Shown piece by piece: positions 20,376-28,913 of a stretch of DNA of 64,000 nucleotides (its first letter is position 1; each line of letters opens with the position of its first letter). The translations under genes and the position numbers were made by a program. The stretch comes from Escherichia coli (GTDB lineage Bacteria; Pseudomonadota; Gammaproteobacteria; Enterobacterales; Enterobacteriaceae), in the NCBI RefSeq assembly GCF_048403405.1, contig NZ_CP183129.1. The stretch is one strand, 5' to 3'. Below the pieces are notes generated by a model that saw only the letters and a list, made by a program, of their open reading frames with translations, did not search any database and was not told the DNA's origin.

Positions 20376-20402
20376 AGTTGGCGGAATGCAATCCCGCCAA
20401 CT
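20376..20402. terminator. Hairpin AGTTGGCGG-AATGCAATC-CCGCCAACT between convergent Q and cargo operon; likely bidirectional terminator
   Basis: 9-bp perfect stem read from the sequence in the 42-bp gap between the stop codons. Confidence 0.6.
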
Positions 20403-20405
20403 TAA

Positions 20406-21113
20406 CTATATATACTTCCTTTTTACTCTACTTAATTCTATCACTGATGAGGAGTGACAAAATGACAAATTAATAGTATCGATATAATCCAAAATTTGAC
20501 TCTCAACCTCAATAAAAATATTTTTGGGCCCATTACTAATCGATATACCGATTTCATCCAAAACAGCCATCATTTTTCTCTGATGAGTTTTATATTTATA
20601 GTCTTTATTTTCCTCTGTAATATGTGCATTGGCTTCCTCAATAACACATTTGATTCTAGATATTATTTCTAGATAATCTCTCGAAACAGATATATCACCG
20701 CCTTGCGCTTCAGGGAACATAACCCTATACCATCTAAAAAAATTAACTTTCTCTGGATAGATGCTACTTCTTTTAGTTAACTCAGCACTTGCAAATTCTC
20801 TAAACATCGTCAGATGACTAGTGTAATTACTATTATTATTATTTTTAACTCCAGCGTTATATGTCATCAAAGCAATCATAACACCAAAAACGGTAACAAA
20901 AGTTGTTATAAGCCATCCAAACGCCTGAAAATACATTACTATACCAGATGTTTTTTCCGCAAAAAATTTTAAGCACTGGCTATCGAAGCATATATCACGC
21001 TCATATAGCTTTTCATTCTGAATAGTTTCAAAAAGAGAAATTAGCGAAAAAATCAAAAAAAGAGCTGACGACACACCGACAATATATTTGAGAAGTCTAA
21101 TATTTGCATTCAT
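20406..21113 (-). CDS. Cargo protein with two N-terminal transmembrane helices, translationally coupled to the upstream reverse transcriptase; candidate effector
   Basis: ATG at 21113 overlaps RT stop (ATGA); 235 aa; hydrophobic segments IVGVSSALFLIFSLISLF and GIVMYFQAFGWLITTFVTVFGVMIALMTY; AT-rich by eye. Confidence 0.65.
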   Translation of the reverse strand: MNANIRLLKYIVGVSSALFLIFSLISLFETIQNEKLYERDICFDSQCLKFFAEKTSGIVMYFQAFGWLITTFVTVFGVMIALMTYNAGVKNNNNSNYTSHLTMFREFASAELTKRSSIYPEKVNFFRWYRVMFPEAQGGDISVSRDYLEIISRIKCVIEEANAHITEENKDYKYKTHQRKMMAVLDEIGISISNGPKNIFIEVESQILDYIDTINLSFCHSSSVIELSRVKRKYI

Positions 21114-22336
21114 AATGGTTTTAAAGATGCCAATCTAGATTTAAAACACTCCAGTTTTTCTTTAAATGATTCAGAGCGAGTAAGAATAATCATCTTATAT
21201 CTCGTCAAATCATATTTTCTTTTATACCAATGTTTATTTTGATTACCTTTCGAATACGACAACTCTAAACTTTTTATAGCTGCATCAATCACAGCAACAT
21301 CTCTTTTAGATGGCATCGGTTTTATTGCCTGCAACTGTTTCTTGAATGATTCATATTTTTCATGCCCAACACGGCCAAGCTTATTCACTCTCCCCATACA
21401 TCTATTGAATTCTTTTCTGTATGCAACACTTGTTTTTGTGTTATTTTTTGCCGCCAGTAATTTCAAATTATGTATAGATGCCCTGATTCTTTTGACTTCA
21501 TCGGATGGTAGTCGAGGTGAGTCATAGTCAACTCTTAAACCATGTACTTTTATAGGTTCAGATGAACAGTGAAATATTTTTGTTTTGTGCTTATTTATCG
21601 GCAAGTCATGCTCAGAAAGCATCCTCTCTATATGGCTTTGCATTTGAGAAAAATCATAATTACTTATTTTAGATGACACGGTAATATCATCTACCAAACG
21701 CGTATAAACAAGTCCTTTCCTCTGCGCACGTCTTACCACATCCCCTTCAACAGCGAATAAACACAAAGTTGCTATATAGCTTGATGTTAAGGCCCCCTGT
21801 ACGACAAAATCATCCTTAGTACATATATCCACCAAGTATTCAAGAGCCTCATCCTTAATATGCAATATCTCCTCAAACACGCTCCTAACCAGATCTCTAT
21901 GGATATTATCGAAAAAATTACTTATATCCACCTTGAGAACTGTTTTTGCTCCACAATGAGCCTTTGCACATGAAACATAGTCACGTTTGACATTAGAATT
22001 TAAAACATCATTTTTACTGGGAACTGAACCAAACAAAAATGAAGGAAAAACAACCAATTCCTTAAAAATACGTTTATTAATTCTACTCTGTAATAATCTC
22101 ATTTTAGGATGTAGGGAGTAGACAATCCGTTTGCTTCCGTCAATTTTGGGAATTTCTTTTAGAGTATATTTCTCATCTAATGATAATTCTGCAATAGCTT
22201 TAAGCTCTTCAACAGAAATCGATAAAGCCTTTGACAACTTTTCAAGTGTTGTGATAGGAGCATTGGATTTGCTGTATGGTTTAAATTTATCCATAAACAT
22301 ACCATTCAAATTCAAAGTTACGTACGGTCTTCCCAT
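21110..22336 (-). CDS. Reverse transcriptase (retron-like or Abi-type), defence-associated candidate
   Basis: RT motifs in the translation: IPKIDGSKRIVY (fingers), VLKVDISNFFDNI (motif A), QGALTSSYIA (motif B-like), YTRLVDDITVSS (YxDD; DNA ~21671-21706), and KVHGLRVDYD resembling the retron VTG region. Start uncertain: ATG candidates at 22336, 22300, 22294; the supplied ORF extends to a TTG at 22384. Confidence 0.8.
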   Translation of the reverse strand: MGRPYVTLNLNGMFMDKFKPYSKSNAPITTLEKLSKALSISVEELKAIAELSLDEKYTLKEIPKIDGSKRIVYSLHPKMRLLQSRINKRIFKELVVFPSFLFGSVPSKNDVLNSNVKRDYVSCAKAHCGAKTVLKVDISNFFDNIHRDLVRSVFEEILHIKDEALEYLVDICTKDDFVVQGALTSSYIATLCLFAVEGDVVRRAQRKGLVYTRLVDDITVSSKISNYDFSQMQSHIERMLSEHDLPINKHKTKIFHCSSEPIKVHGLRVDYDSPRLPSDEVKRIRASIHNLKLLAAKNNTKTSVAYRKEFNRCMGRVNKLGRVGHEKYESFKKQLQAIKPMPSKRDVAVIDAAIKSLELSYSKGNQNKHWYKRKYDLTRYKMIILTRSESFKEKLECFKSRLASLKPL

Positions 22337-22625
22337 ACTCAAGGGTGGAACAGCAGAGATGCTTACATCAACAATTGTCAGCAACAGCCTCTGCTATCTT
22401 TCGACCGTACGTAATGTCGTCGGCTACGGCACCATCGTAGTTGACGACGGTGGGGCCTCGCTGATAGGTCCATAGTGGACGCTTTTTTGTAAAAGCAAAA
22501 ACTGACAATTTAATGTTGTTGACTGCCGCATACCAAGCGAATCGCTGGTGCGCTAAGAATAATGCAACAAAAAAATAAGAATTTCAACCGGGTAACTGCA
22601 AGCCAGCGACATCGTTTAGCGCGCA

Positions 22626-22644
22626 GTGCTTTCCCCGCCTCGCC
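22626..22644 (-). other. cos: cos cohesive-end site (19 nt, GGCGAGGCGGGGAAAGCAC on the minus strand)
   Basis: Exact match to the P2 cohesive-end sequence as remembered; embedded in a locally GC-rich noncoding stretch between the RT gene and the 612-aa gene. Confidence 0.75.
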
Positions 22645-22805
22645 CGCCCGCTTCGTGGGGCGGTTTTAATGCAGGTGCAATACCGCTTTTGAGCCACGCC
22701 CGTCCTGGCGGACGCACGGCCGGAACATGCAACTCCGGCACATGCAAAACCATGCACATATTGCACGCAGAAAGATAAATGCCAAAATACCTAAATCAAC
22801 TTCCA

Positions 22806-24644
22806 TTAATCAGCCAGATAAGGTTCAACTTTATCTTCCCATACACTAAATAAAGGCAAACAAGTTAAATAAAAGATAAAGACACAGGCAAAAACTGAAG
22901 TTGGTTGATAACAATGATTTACAGTATACCTGCCATGAGCCATCGTGTGTCTAATTGCAGCACCACCTTTCATATTGAACAATAAATCCATAGTCAATAC
23001 ATGATCACTATCAAAAACACCTTCCATTTCACTCCTATAATTTGCAAGCATTTGAGATAGGCTAGTAGCCTCCTCAAAAAGCGACACATCTATTTTCGTT
23101 GTTTCTTTTCTTCTTAATTCTAAAATCCATCTAATTGAATTCTCCAATTGCGGCAATAACAAATAACAGGCAGACACATAATCTCCCTGCCAAAGCTTAT
23201 AAAACCCCAAAGAAAATATTTCTGCATACCCAGGTGGAACAAATGCACTTTGTTGTGAGATTGGGTCAAATGTATTTTCATTTAATGAATACCTAGCCAA
23301 CACACTTTGCCTAACGACTTCAAACTCACCACAAACATAGACCTGATGCTCAATGTTACTAGTTCTTAAATAATTTGCACAAGCATCATTTAAACTTATA
23401 TCCCCCGCAGGATCCAAAGGTGAACGACTTGCTACAACGCGCCCTCTATCATCATAAACAACCGTTTCACTCATATTAAGAAAAAAATGTTTTTTAGCAT
23501 CGGAACGAGCTCTTTCCATAATTTCACTGGCACTTACAATCTTAAATCTAGCAATTAAAGTTTTAATTACCCTTGAGAAATCCAATTGATTATAAACATG
23601 CTCTTTCTGAGCGATAACATCACTAAGATCCATTGGTATTGCAAAGAAGTGCATTTCATCATTGATTTGATCTCGAATAGAATTCAATTCCTCTCTAATC
23701 TTTTTAATTTCTTCATTCATTCCACCAATTGCTCTAAATTCGCCAAGAGCAACTCTTAACCAATGAGCCTTCAATATTGAAGATGAAGACTGTTCAAATT
23801 GAGCCAATGTTATTTCTGACGCTTTAATTCTGCACCGTCTTCCTTGCTCTTCCATATCGTTTTTAACATATAATTCAGACGCAAAATAAAACAATTTTTT
23901 CACTGCATCAAAATAAGACGCTCCACAATGCTCATCAGCTATCTTTTCTGCATTCTCAGCCAATTGCAAGGGACACAATAAATTATTCTTATAAAGAATT
24001 TCAGAAACTCTTAATACACCGGTGAATATACCAGAGTCTATTAATACATGATATAACCTTAATGTCGAATCAACTATCCCCCCTTGTAGTTGTTTTTTCC
24101 TGCCAATAAGCATGCGCGATATTGCGATACCTCTATCCAAGCAGTCAACAACATCAAAAATATGGATATCACCTGACTCTTGTTTTTCTATTAAAGTATC
24201 GCAAGCATCATTAACCATTAGAGAATATGACTCTATTGCTTTATTGGCAGAGTCTATATCCTTACGGTTATTTATCCATAAAACATCACACACCCTAGAT
24301 ATAATATAAGGATTATCGGAGTTTTCTTTAATACAAGTTAATATTGTTGAAAAACTCTCCTTATAATCTGAAGGCCTATAGCCCCTCTCAGGATAGAGAA
24401 TGATTTTTGGCTCAAAACCGATAATATCACCAGACCTAGAAAATTTAAAATTAAACAACGCACGTAATAAATAGCAAAGCCGCCAAGAACTTACATCGTT
24501 TTTTAGCTTGTAAGATGACAACAACTGAACAAAATAAGACTCCATATCAAAATGAGAATAACTTCTTGGCGATGATAATATACTGGCGTATTCACTTTTT
24601 TTAAAATCATCAACTGAAATAGAAAAAACATCAAACTCGCTCAT
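22806..24644 (-). CDS. Cargo protein of unknown function (612 aa) with C-terminal HEPN-like R-x4-H motif (AIRHTMAHGRY); candidate abortive-infection RNase
   Basis: ATG at 24644 with GGTGAGGA upstream; no P-loop seen; AT-rich by eye; occupies the P2 tin/old position between A and cos. The HEPN call rests on one short motif. Confidence 0.6.
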   Translation of the reverse strand: MSEFDVFSISVDDFKKSEYASILSSPRSYSHFDMESYFVQLLSSYKLKNDVSSWRLCYLLRALFNFKFSRSGDIIGFEPKIILYPERGYRPSDYKESFSTILTCIKENSDNPYIISRVCDVLWINNRKDIDSANKAIESYSLMVNDACDTLIEKQESGDIHIFDVVDCLDRGIAISRMLIGRKKQLQGGIVDSTLRLYHVLIDSGIFTGVLRVSEILYKNNLLCPLQLAENAEKIADEHCGASYFDAVKKLFYFASELYVKNDMEEQGRRCRIKASEITLAQFEQSSSSILKAHWLRVALGEFRAIGGMNEEIKKIREELNSIRDQINDEMHFFAIPMDLSDVIAQKEHVYNQLDFSRVIKTLIARFKIVSASEIMERARSDAKKHFFLNMSETVVYDDRGRVVASRSPLDPAGDISLNDACANYLRTSNIEHQVYVCGEFEVVRQSVLARYSLNENTFDPISQQSAFVPPGYAEIFSLGFYKLWQGDYVSACYLLLPQLENSIRWILELRRKETTKIDVSLFEEATSLSQMLANYRSEMEGVFDSDHVLTMDLLFNMKGGAAIRHTMAHGRYTVNHCYQPTSVFACVFIFYLTCLPLFSVWEDKVEPYLAD

Positions 24645-24797
24645 TCCTCACCTTTAAAGCACTTAACAAACAATCATGGTAAACAATACCAAACTGCAAG
24701 CAACGATTAAATACAGAAAACTCTTTCTGTCGAGATTTTTCAATAACACTAAATATATACAGTACGAAATTATCTAATATTGCGTGAATTTTTGCCA

Positions 24798-27083
24798 TTA
24801 TGTCCACTCCATTACTGTTGAGAATCCCGGCCACTCATCAATGACCGGATACGTGAATTTTTTCCCGCCATAATTTATGGTCGCTCCCCGAGCCAGCGCC
24901 TCAAGCTCCCATCGCTGTGGCCTGATACCGTTCTGAGCAAGGTCAACGCGGATACGGGTAATTTGCATTCGTTCCGACCGGGTCAGTCTGGCCGATGGCG
25001 CTATTTCATGCGGTTTTAACGGGCTTCCGTTTCTTTGCTGACGGTTTGGTCTTCTCAGACCGTGTTTTAATGCACCTCTGAGCGCCCTCACGACCTCCTG
25101 GTCATTCCATTCGATAACACCGTCATCTACCAGATTAAGCACTGCTACGGCGTGTTCAGAAGGCGTGGGAGCCGGTGACGAAGTATCACCACCGGTGAGC
25201 TTTCCACAGTTATTGACAGGACTCCGAGGCGCGGCGATGCCGCTTTTTAAAGTCAACGGCTCAACGACCGGAACTTTCGGCACAATGCGCCAGTCCGTCG
25301 TTCTGGTGATATGAATATGACGCGTGCCGAGATGCGGCGCGTAAATGCCGACCACTCTCTCGACTTCTTCCTCGTACTCGTTAACGTCATCCGACGGGCT
25401 ACGGGCGACCCTGACAGTCTGACAATCGCGCGGGACATTTGCCCCGCCCTGCGCGCTGATATACAACGCAAAATCACCACTGTCTGCGGCGGCGCGTGCA
25501 GCCTCGACGCGTTCGTCAAACTCATCAGCAATGCTGACGCCGCGAGGCAATTTGCGTAGTTCACGGTAAGCCCCCATTGTCGGCAGGCCAACCGTTTTAA
25601 ATTGCGGGATACGCCACGTTGACGCCCATGCGGTAACAGCCGCTGCAGTGTCTTTCAGCGGCCTGCCGGTATCGTTATCGAGCTGACCATCCAGTGCATA
25701 GCCGTCGATATTTTTTGAGATGTATTTCGCGATATATCCCGCAGCACCGCCCCGGTTAAGGTGTTTCGCCTGAAAACGGTTTCGCGCGGCTCCTCTTTCG
25801 TCGCCATCCTCTTTGAGCGCATAGCGACGCATGATTTCGATAATCTGGTTACGCTGGCGTGGATTACAAAAAAGCATCATATGCCAGTGCGGCGTTCCGT
25901 CGTGGTGTGGCTCGACGACTCGCAAACCGTAGACCTGTAAATCATTATCCTTGAATGCCGTGCGCATCAGGCTCCAGATACGGCAGAGATAACGCTGCGC
26001 ATCCTTCGGATTAAATGCCTCATCATTCCAGCCGTGATTAAGCTGCACGGTTTTACTTTCTCCTTTTCCGACCTGACGTGTCGGGTGATACTTTGACGGC
26101 GCGGTCAGCGTGATAAACATCCCCACATCACCCTCTGCGGCGGCGTAACGCTCAATACCGGCGATGGTGTTCATCAGCTCCATCCGGCGAATTTCAGGAT
26201 TAGAAATACTGCCCATCACCTTACTGATAAGGTCGATGCGCTCGCCGGTTTCCCTGTTTTCGAGGTCACACGATTTAAGAAATTCCAGATTTGCCTGGCG
26301 GCGTGCACGCACATCACGAATGGCGTGTTTACTGGCATAAGGAGAACGATCTTTATTGACCTCCCCGACAGCAATCAGTAACGCCTCATGCCAGCGCATA
26401 CGCTGGCCTTTAAGCTGATGAGTCCACCACTCATCGTTAAACAGGCGGGCAATGGCAGAATATGCCTGCCTCGTGGTCATCTGTCCTTTACGGTATTTTT
26501 TCCAGTAGAGCGGGGAAATATTGAAAGCACGTGCAGCGCCAGCAACATGACTATACAGGTGAGCCTGCGCCTCATCCGTAAACAGCGATTCTTTTTCGCC
26601 ATGCGCATCCACCCAGGCATCGCTGAGTTCCTCATACATCATGAAAAGCTGCGATGAGATACGGGCGGCAAACTTTTTCAGCTCCTTGTCATTCATTCCA
26701 GGCAGGCGCGCATAGTGGTCACGCTCTGCCAGAAACAGCAACGACGCGTCGGTGTTCATTTCATGGCGCTGATTCACGCGCTCAATGCGCGGCCATAAAC
26801 GACGCTGAAAAGTGGATGTGAGGAAATAAAACCCGTGTACCGGGCTTTTATTGCGCCGGATGTAGTCATAGCGTGAAGTAAACAGCGAGCGCAAAAAGTA
26901 AGGCAGGCGGTTAATCGTGGATAAAACCCCTTGCACCTGACGCATCTCGTCACGTGTAAGGGGTCTTTCGCGCCCGACGGCCTCGCGTGGCGCGTTCCAT
27001 GCATAAGCACCGGTAAACGTCTTACCGGTGCCTGCGGCAAATGCTGACGGAGGGACAAAACGCCCGGAGGCTTTAACGGCCAT
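24798..27083 (-). CDS. A: Replication initiation protein gpA (rolling-circle nickase)
   Basis: ATG at 27083 (MAVKASGRFVPPSAFAAGTGK...), 761 aa; the supplied ORF extends to an upstream TTG. Confidence 0.9.
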   Translation of the reverse strand: MAVKASGRFVPPSAFAAGTGKTFTGAYAWNAPREAVGRERPLTRDEMRQVQGVLSTINRLPYFLRSLFTSRYDYIRRNKSPVHGFYFLTSTFQRRLWPRIERVNQRHEMNTDASLLFLAERDHYARLPGMNDKELKKFAARISSQLFMMYEELSDAWVDAHGEKESLFTDEAQAHLYSHVAGAARAFNISPLYWKKYRKGQMTTRQAYSAIARLFNDEWWTHQLKGQRMRWHEALLIAVGEVNKDRSPYASKHAIRDVRARRQANLEFLKSCDLENRETGERIDLISKVMGSISNPEIRRMELMNTIAGIERYAAAEGDVGMFITLTAPSKYHPTRQVGKGESKTVQLNHGWNDEAFNPKDAQRYLCRIWSLMRTAFKDNDLQVYGLRVVEPHHDGTPHWHMMLFCNPRQRNQIIEIMRRYALKEDGDERGAARNRFQAKHLNRGGAAGYIAKYISKNIDGYALDGQLDNDTGRPLKDTAAAVTAWASTWRIPQFKTVGLPTMGAYRELRKLPRGVSIADEFDERVEAARAAADSGDFALYISAQGGANVPRDCQTVRVARSPSDDVNEYEEEVERVVGIYAPHLGTRHIHITRTTDWRIVPKVPVVEPLTLKSGIAAPRSPVNNCGKLTGGDTSSPAPTPSEHAVAVLNLVDDGVIEWNDQEVVRALRGALKHGLRRPNRQQRNGSPLKPHEIAPSARLTRSERMQITRIRVDLAQNGIRPQRWELEALARGATINYGGKKFTYPVIDEWPGFSTVMEWT

Positions 27084-27348
27084 ATGAGCCAAAAGCCTCT
27101 GAACAACGCTTGCTGAGTTGCTCAACCTGCGCGTTTAAATCAGCAAAAGACTTTGCGCTTCCGGTCAGAATATCGTGATGCATCAGGCCGGAAACGAGCT
27201 GGCTTAATTTCGGGTAATAACCAACCACCGCCAGCCATTCCTGACCGGCGTTTTTACCGCTTTCCGCTCTCTTTTTCTCGTGGAGAATAAACTGAAAGCT
27301 GTCACTGGTAACGACATAACGTTCGCCAATTTCAATACGAATGCTCAT
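27073..27348 (-). CDS. Small early protein at the P2 orf83 position
   Basis: 91 aa, position only. Confidence 0.5.
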   Translation of the reverse strand: MSIRIEIGERYVVTSDSFQFILHEKKRAESGKNAGQEWLAVVGYYPKLSQLVSGLMHHDILTGSAKSFADLNAQVEQLSKRCSEAFGSYGR

Positions 27349-27569
27349 GCCATTCTCCGGTAATGTTTGTTTTTTGCTTCAAAGACTGACTGACAGGAAA
27401 CACAACGCGTGGCTGACGGATAAGCCGCACGACGGGCAGCAGGTATTGGCGCGTCACACTCTTCGCAAACCAGCGCAGAAGCACCGCAATGTTTTACCCT
27501 TGCCGCGTTAATCTGGCGCTCCAGTAATTCAGCCTGTTGTTCCTGAATAAAATCTACGTTGTCCGGCAT
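27345..27569 (-). CDS. TraR/DksA-type C4 zinc-finger protein at the P2 orf82 position
   Basis: 74 aa with C-x2-C ... C-x2-C pattern (CGASALVCEECDAPIPAARRAAYPSATRCVSC). Confidence 0.65.
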   Translation of the reverse strand: MPDNVDFIQEQQAELLERQINAARVKHCGASALVCEECDAPIPAARRAAYPSATRCVSCQSVFEAKNKHYRRMA

Positions 27570-27571
27570 TA

Positions 27572-27871
27572 TCAGCTCCTTTTATCGTTAAGTTTCCTGG
27601 ATACATCAGCGCAATAACTGGCAAGTTCTGTCGTTAATTTTGTCAGTTCATCCACTGAGGAAATTTGCTTGTGGAATACAGCGCGTTTAACAAGTAAATT
27701 GACCACATCAGACAGGAGGTTTAATTCATTCTGATAAATCGCGATAACAGATTCAGTGATGTCGCGTTTTTCTTTATCAAGACAAAGTTGAATAAGAGAC
27801 AAATCGCCATTTTTCATAACGGCGATTTTTAAGGCGTTATTCAGTAATACAACTGAATGAGAACAGGACAT
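27572..27871 (-). CDS. Small early protein at the P2 orf81 position
   Basis: ATG at 27871 overlapping upstream stop (ATGA); position only. Confidence 0.45.
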   Translation of the reverse strand: MSCSHSVVLLNNALKIAVMKNGDLSLIQLCLDKEKRDITESVIAIYQNELNLLSDVVNLLVKRAVFHKQISSVDELTKLTTELASYCADVSRKLNDKRS

Positions 27872-28095
27872 CAAAGTACCTCCCCGCGAGACAATCCGAT
27901 ATTGTGAAATTTTTCCGACTCCTGACTGAGCAGCTCGACTATCTCCACGCGGGATAACTCCGCCTTTGTGATATGGCGAATCATGGCGTCAAGATGAGAA
28001 GAAAAGCGCGTCGCAGCGTCGGCCTGTGCTTCGGTTCTGGCCTGTTGCAGCAGTAATGCGTATTTACCGCACTGATTTTCAGAAACTGTATGCAT
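27871..28095 (-). CDS. Small early protein at the P2 orf80 position
   Basis: 74 aa, position only. Confidence 0.45.
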   Translation of the reverse strand: MHTVSENQCGKYALLLQQARTEAQADAATRFSSHLDAMIRHITKAELSRVEIVELLSQESEKFHNIGLSRGEVL

Positions 28096-28158
28096 GACTT
28101 TCTCCAGGCAAAAAGAAGCCCCGCACGATTAAGTGCGTTAAAAACTCTGGTTAATTAC

Positions 28159-28659
28159 TTAATGCAGATATTGCTCTGGTTTTACCGACGTCAGAATTGT
28201 CGGTGCATACTCAAACAGACTGAATAATTCACGTAATGCACGGAATAAAGCATCACGCCAGTAACATGATTCTTCATTAATTCGCCAGTATGGCTGGTTA
28301 AATTCTTTTTCTGTCAGTCGTGCGTGCATAAATAAAGTGCGACGCTGACTGACTGTTAAAAAACTAATATATGCATACTCACTTGCGCCAACCTGACGGC
28401 GTTTTGAGAATGCCCCACGCAATTCATCAATTGCACAAACCAGCCGTTCACGTTCGACGTCGTTCATTTCTTCAAAACGCATCGTTGCGTGACGCTGTTT
28501 TAACTGCGCATGGAAGCAAACCGTTAGCCGTTCACGTTCCATCATCTGATTATAATAATCGCATGTCTCCTGCCAGCGAGGGACGGCCAGATGCTTACCA
28601 ATTATCCGGCGCATAGCTGCTGGCTGTTTTTCAACAAGATTGAGCGTCATCACTGTCAT
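28159..28659 (-). CDS. B: Replication protein gpB
   Basis: 166 aa, same length and position as P2 B. Confidence 0.7.
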   Translation of the reverse strand: MTVMTLNLVEKQPAAMRRIIGKHLAVPRWQETCDYYNQMMERERLTVCFHAQLKQRHATMRFEEMNDVERERLVCAIDELRGAFSKRRQVGASEYAYISFLTVSQRRTLFMHARLTEKEFNQPYWRINEESCYWRDALFRALRELFSLFEYAPTILTSVKPEQYLH

Positions 28660-28913
28660 TTCCAGACCCTCCGGCTTTTCAGAAAGGTCAGAGCCTTCTT
28701 TAACGGACTCTGTTTTTTGGTGCGGATAATGATTCCCTTACGCCCCTTACCGTGGGTAATGGTGAAGTCAATCGCCCTTGGGCTTTCGTTACGCAATAAC
28801 TGAGCAATACAACGAGGCTCGTTCATCCTTTCCACCTTAAGCCGCACGGCCATGTCTTGATTTGCTGTAACTAATGCGATTTTTCCAGTCATGCCATTAT
28901 GTCGGAGCTTCAT
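28656..28913 (-). CDS. Small early protein at the P2 orf78 position
   Basis: ~85 aa, position only. Confidence 0.45.
   Translation of the reverse strand: MKLRHNGMTGKIALVTANQDMAVRLKVERMNEPRCIAQLLRNESPRAIDFTITHGKGRKGIIIRTKKQSPLKKALTFLKSRRVWK

Noticed and set aside
22385-22805. Locally GC-rich, hairpin-dense non-coding region upstream of the RT, first considered as a retron msr/msd gene
   Set aside because: It contains an exact copy of the P2 cohesive-end sequence (22626-22644), so most of it is better explained as the phage cos/packaging region. Only the part adjacent to the RT start (22294-22448) is kept as a separate candidate structured element.
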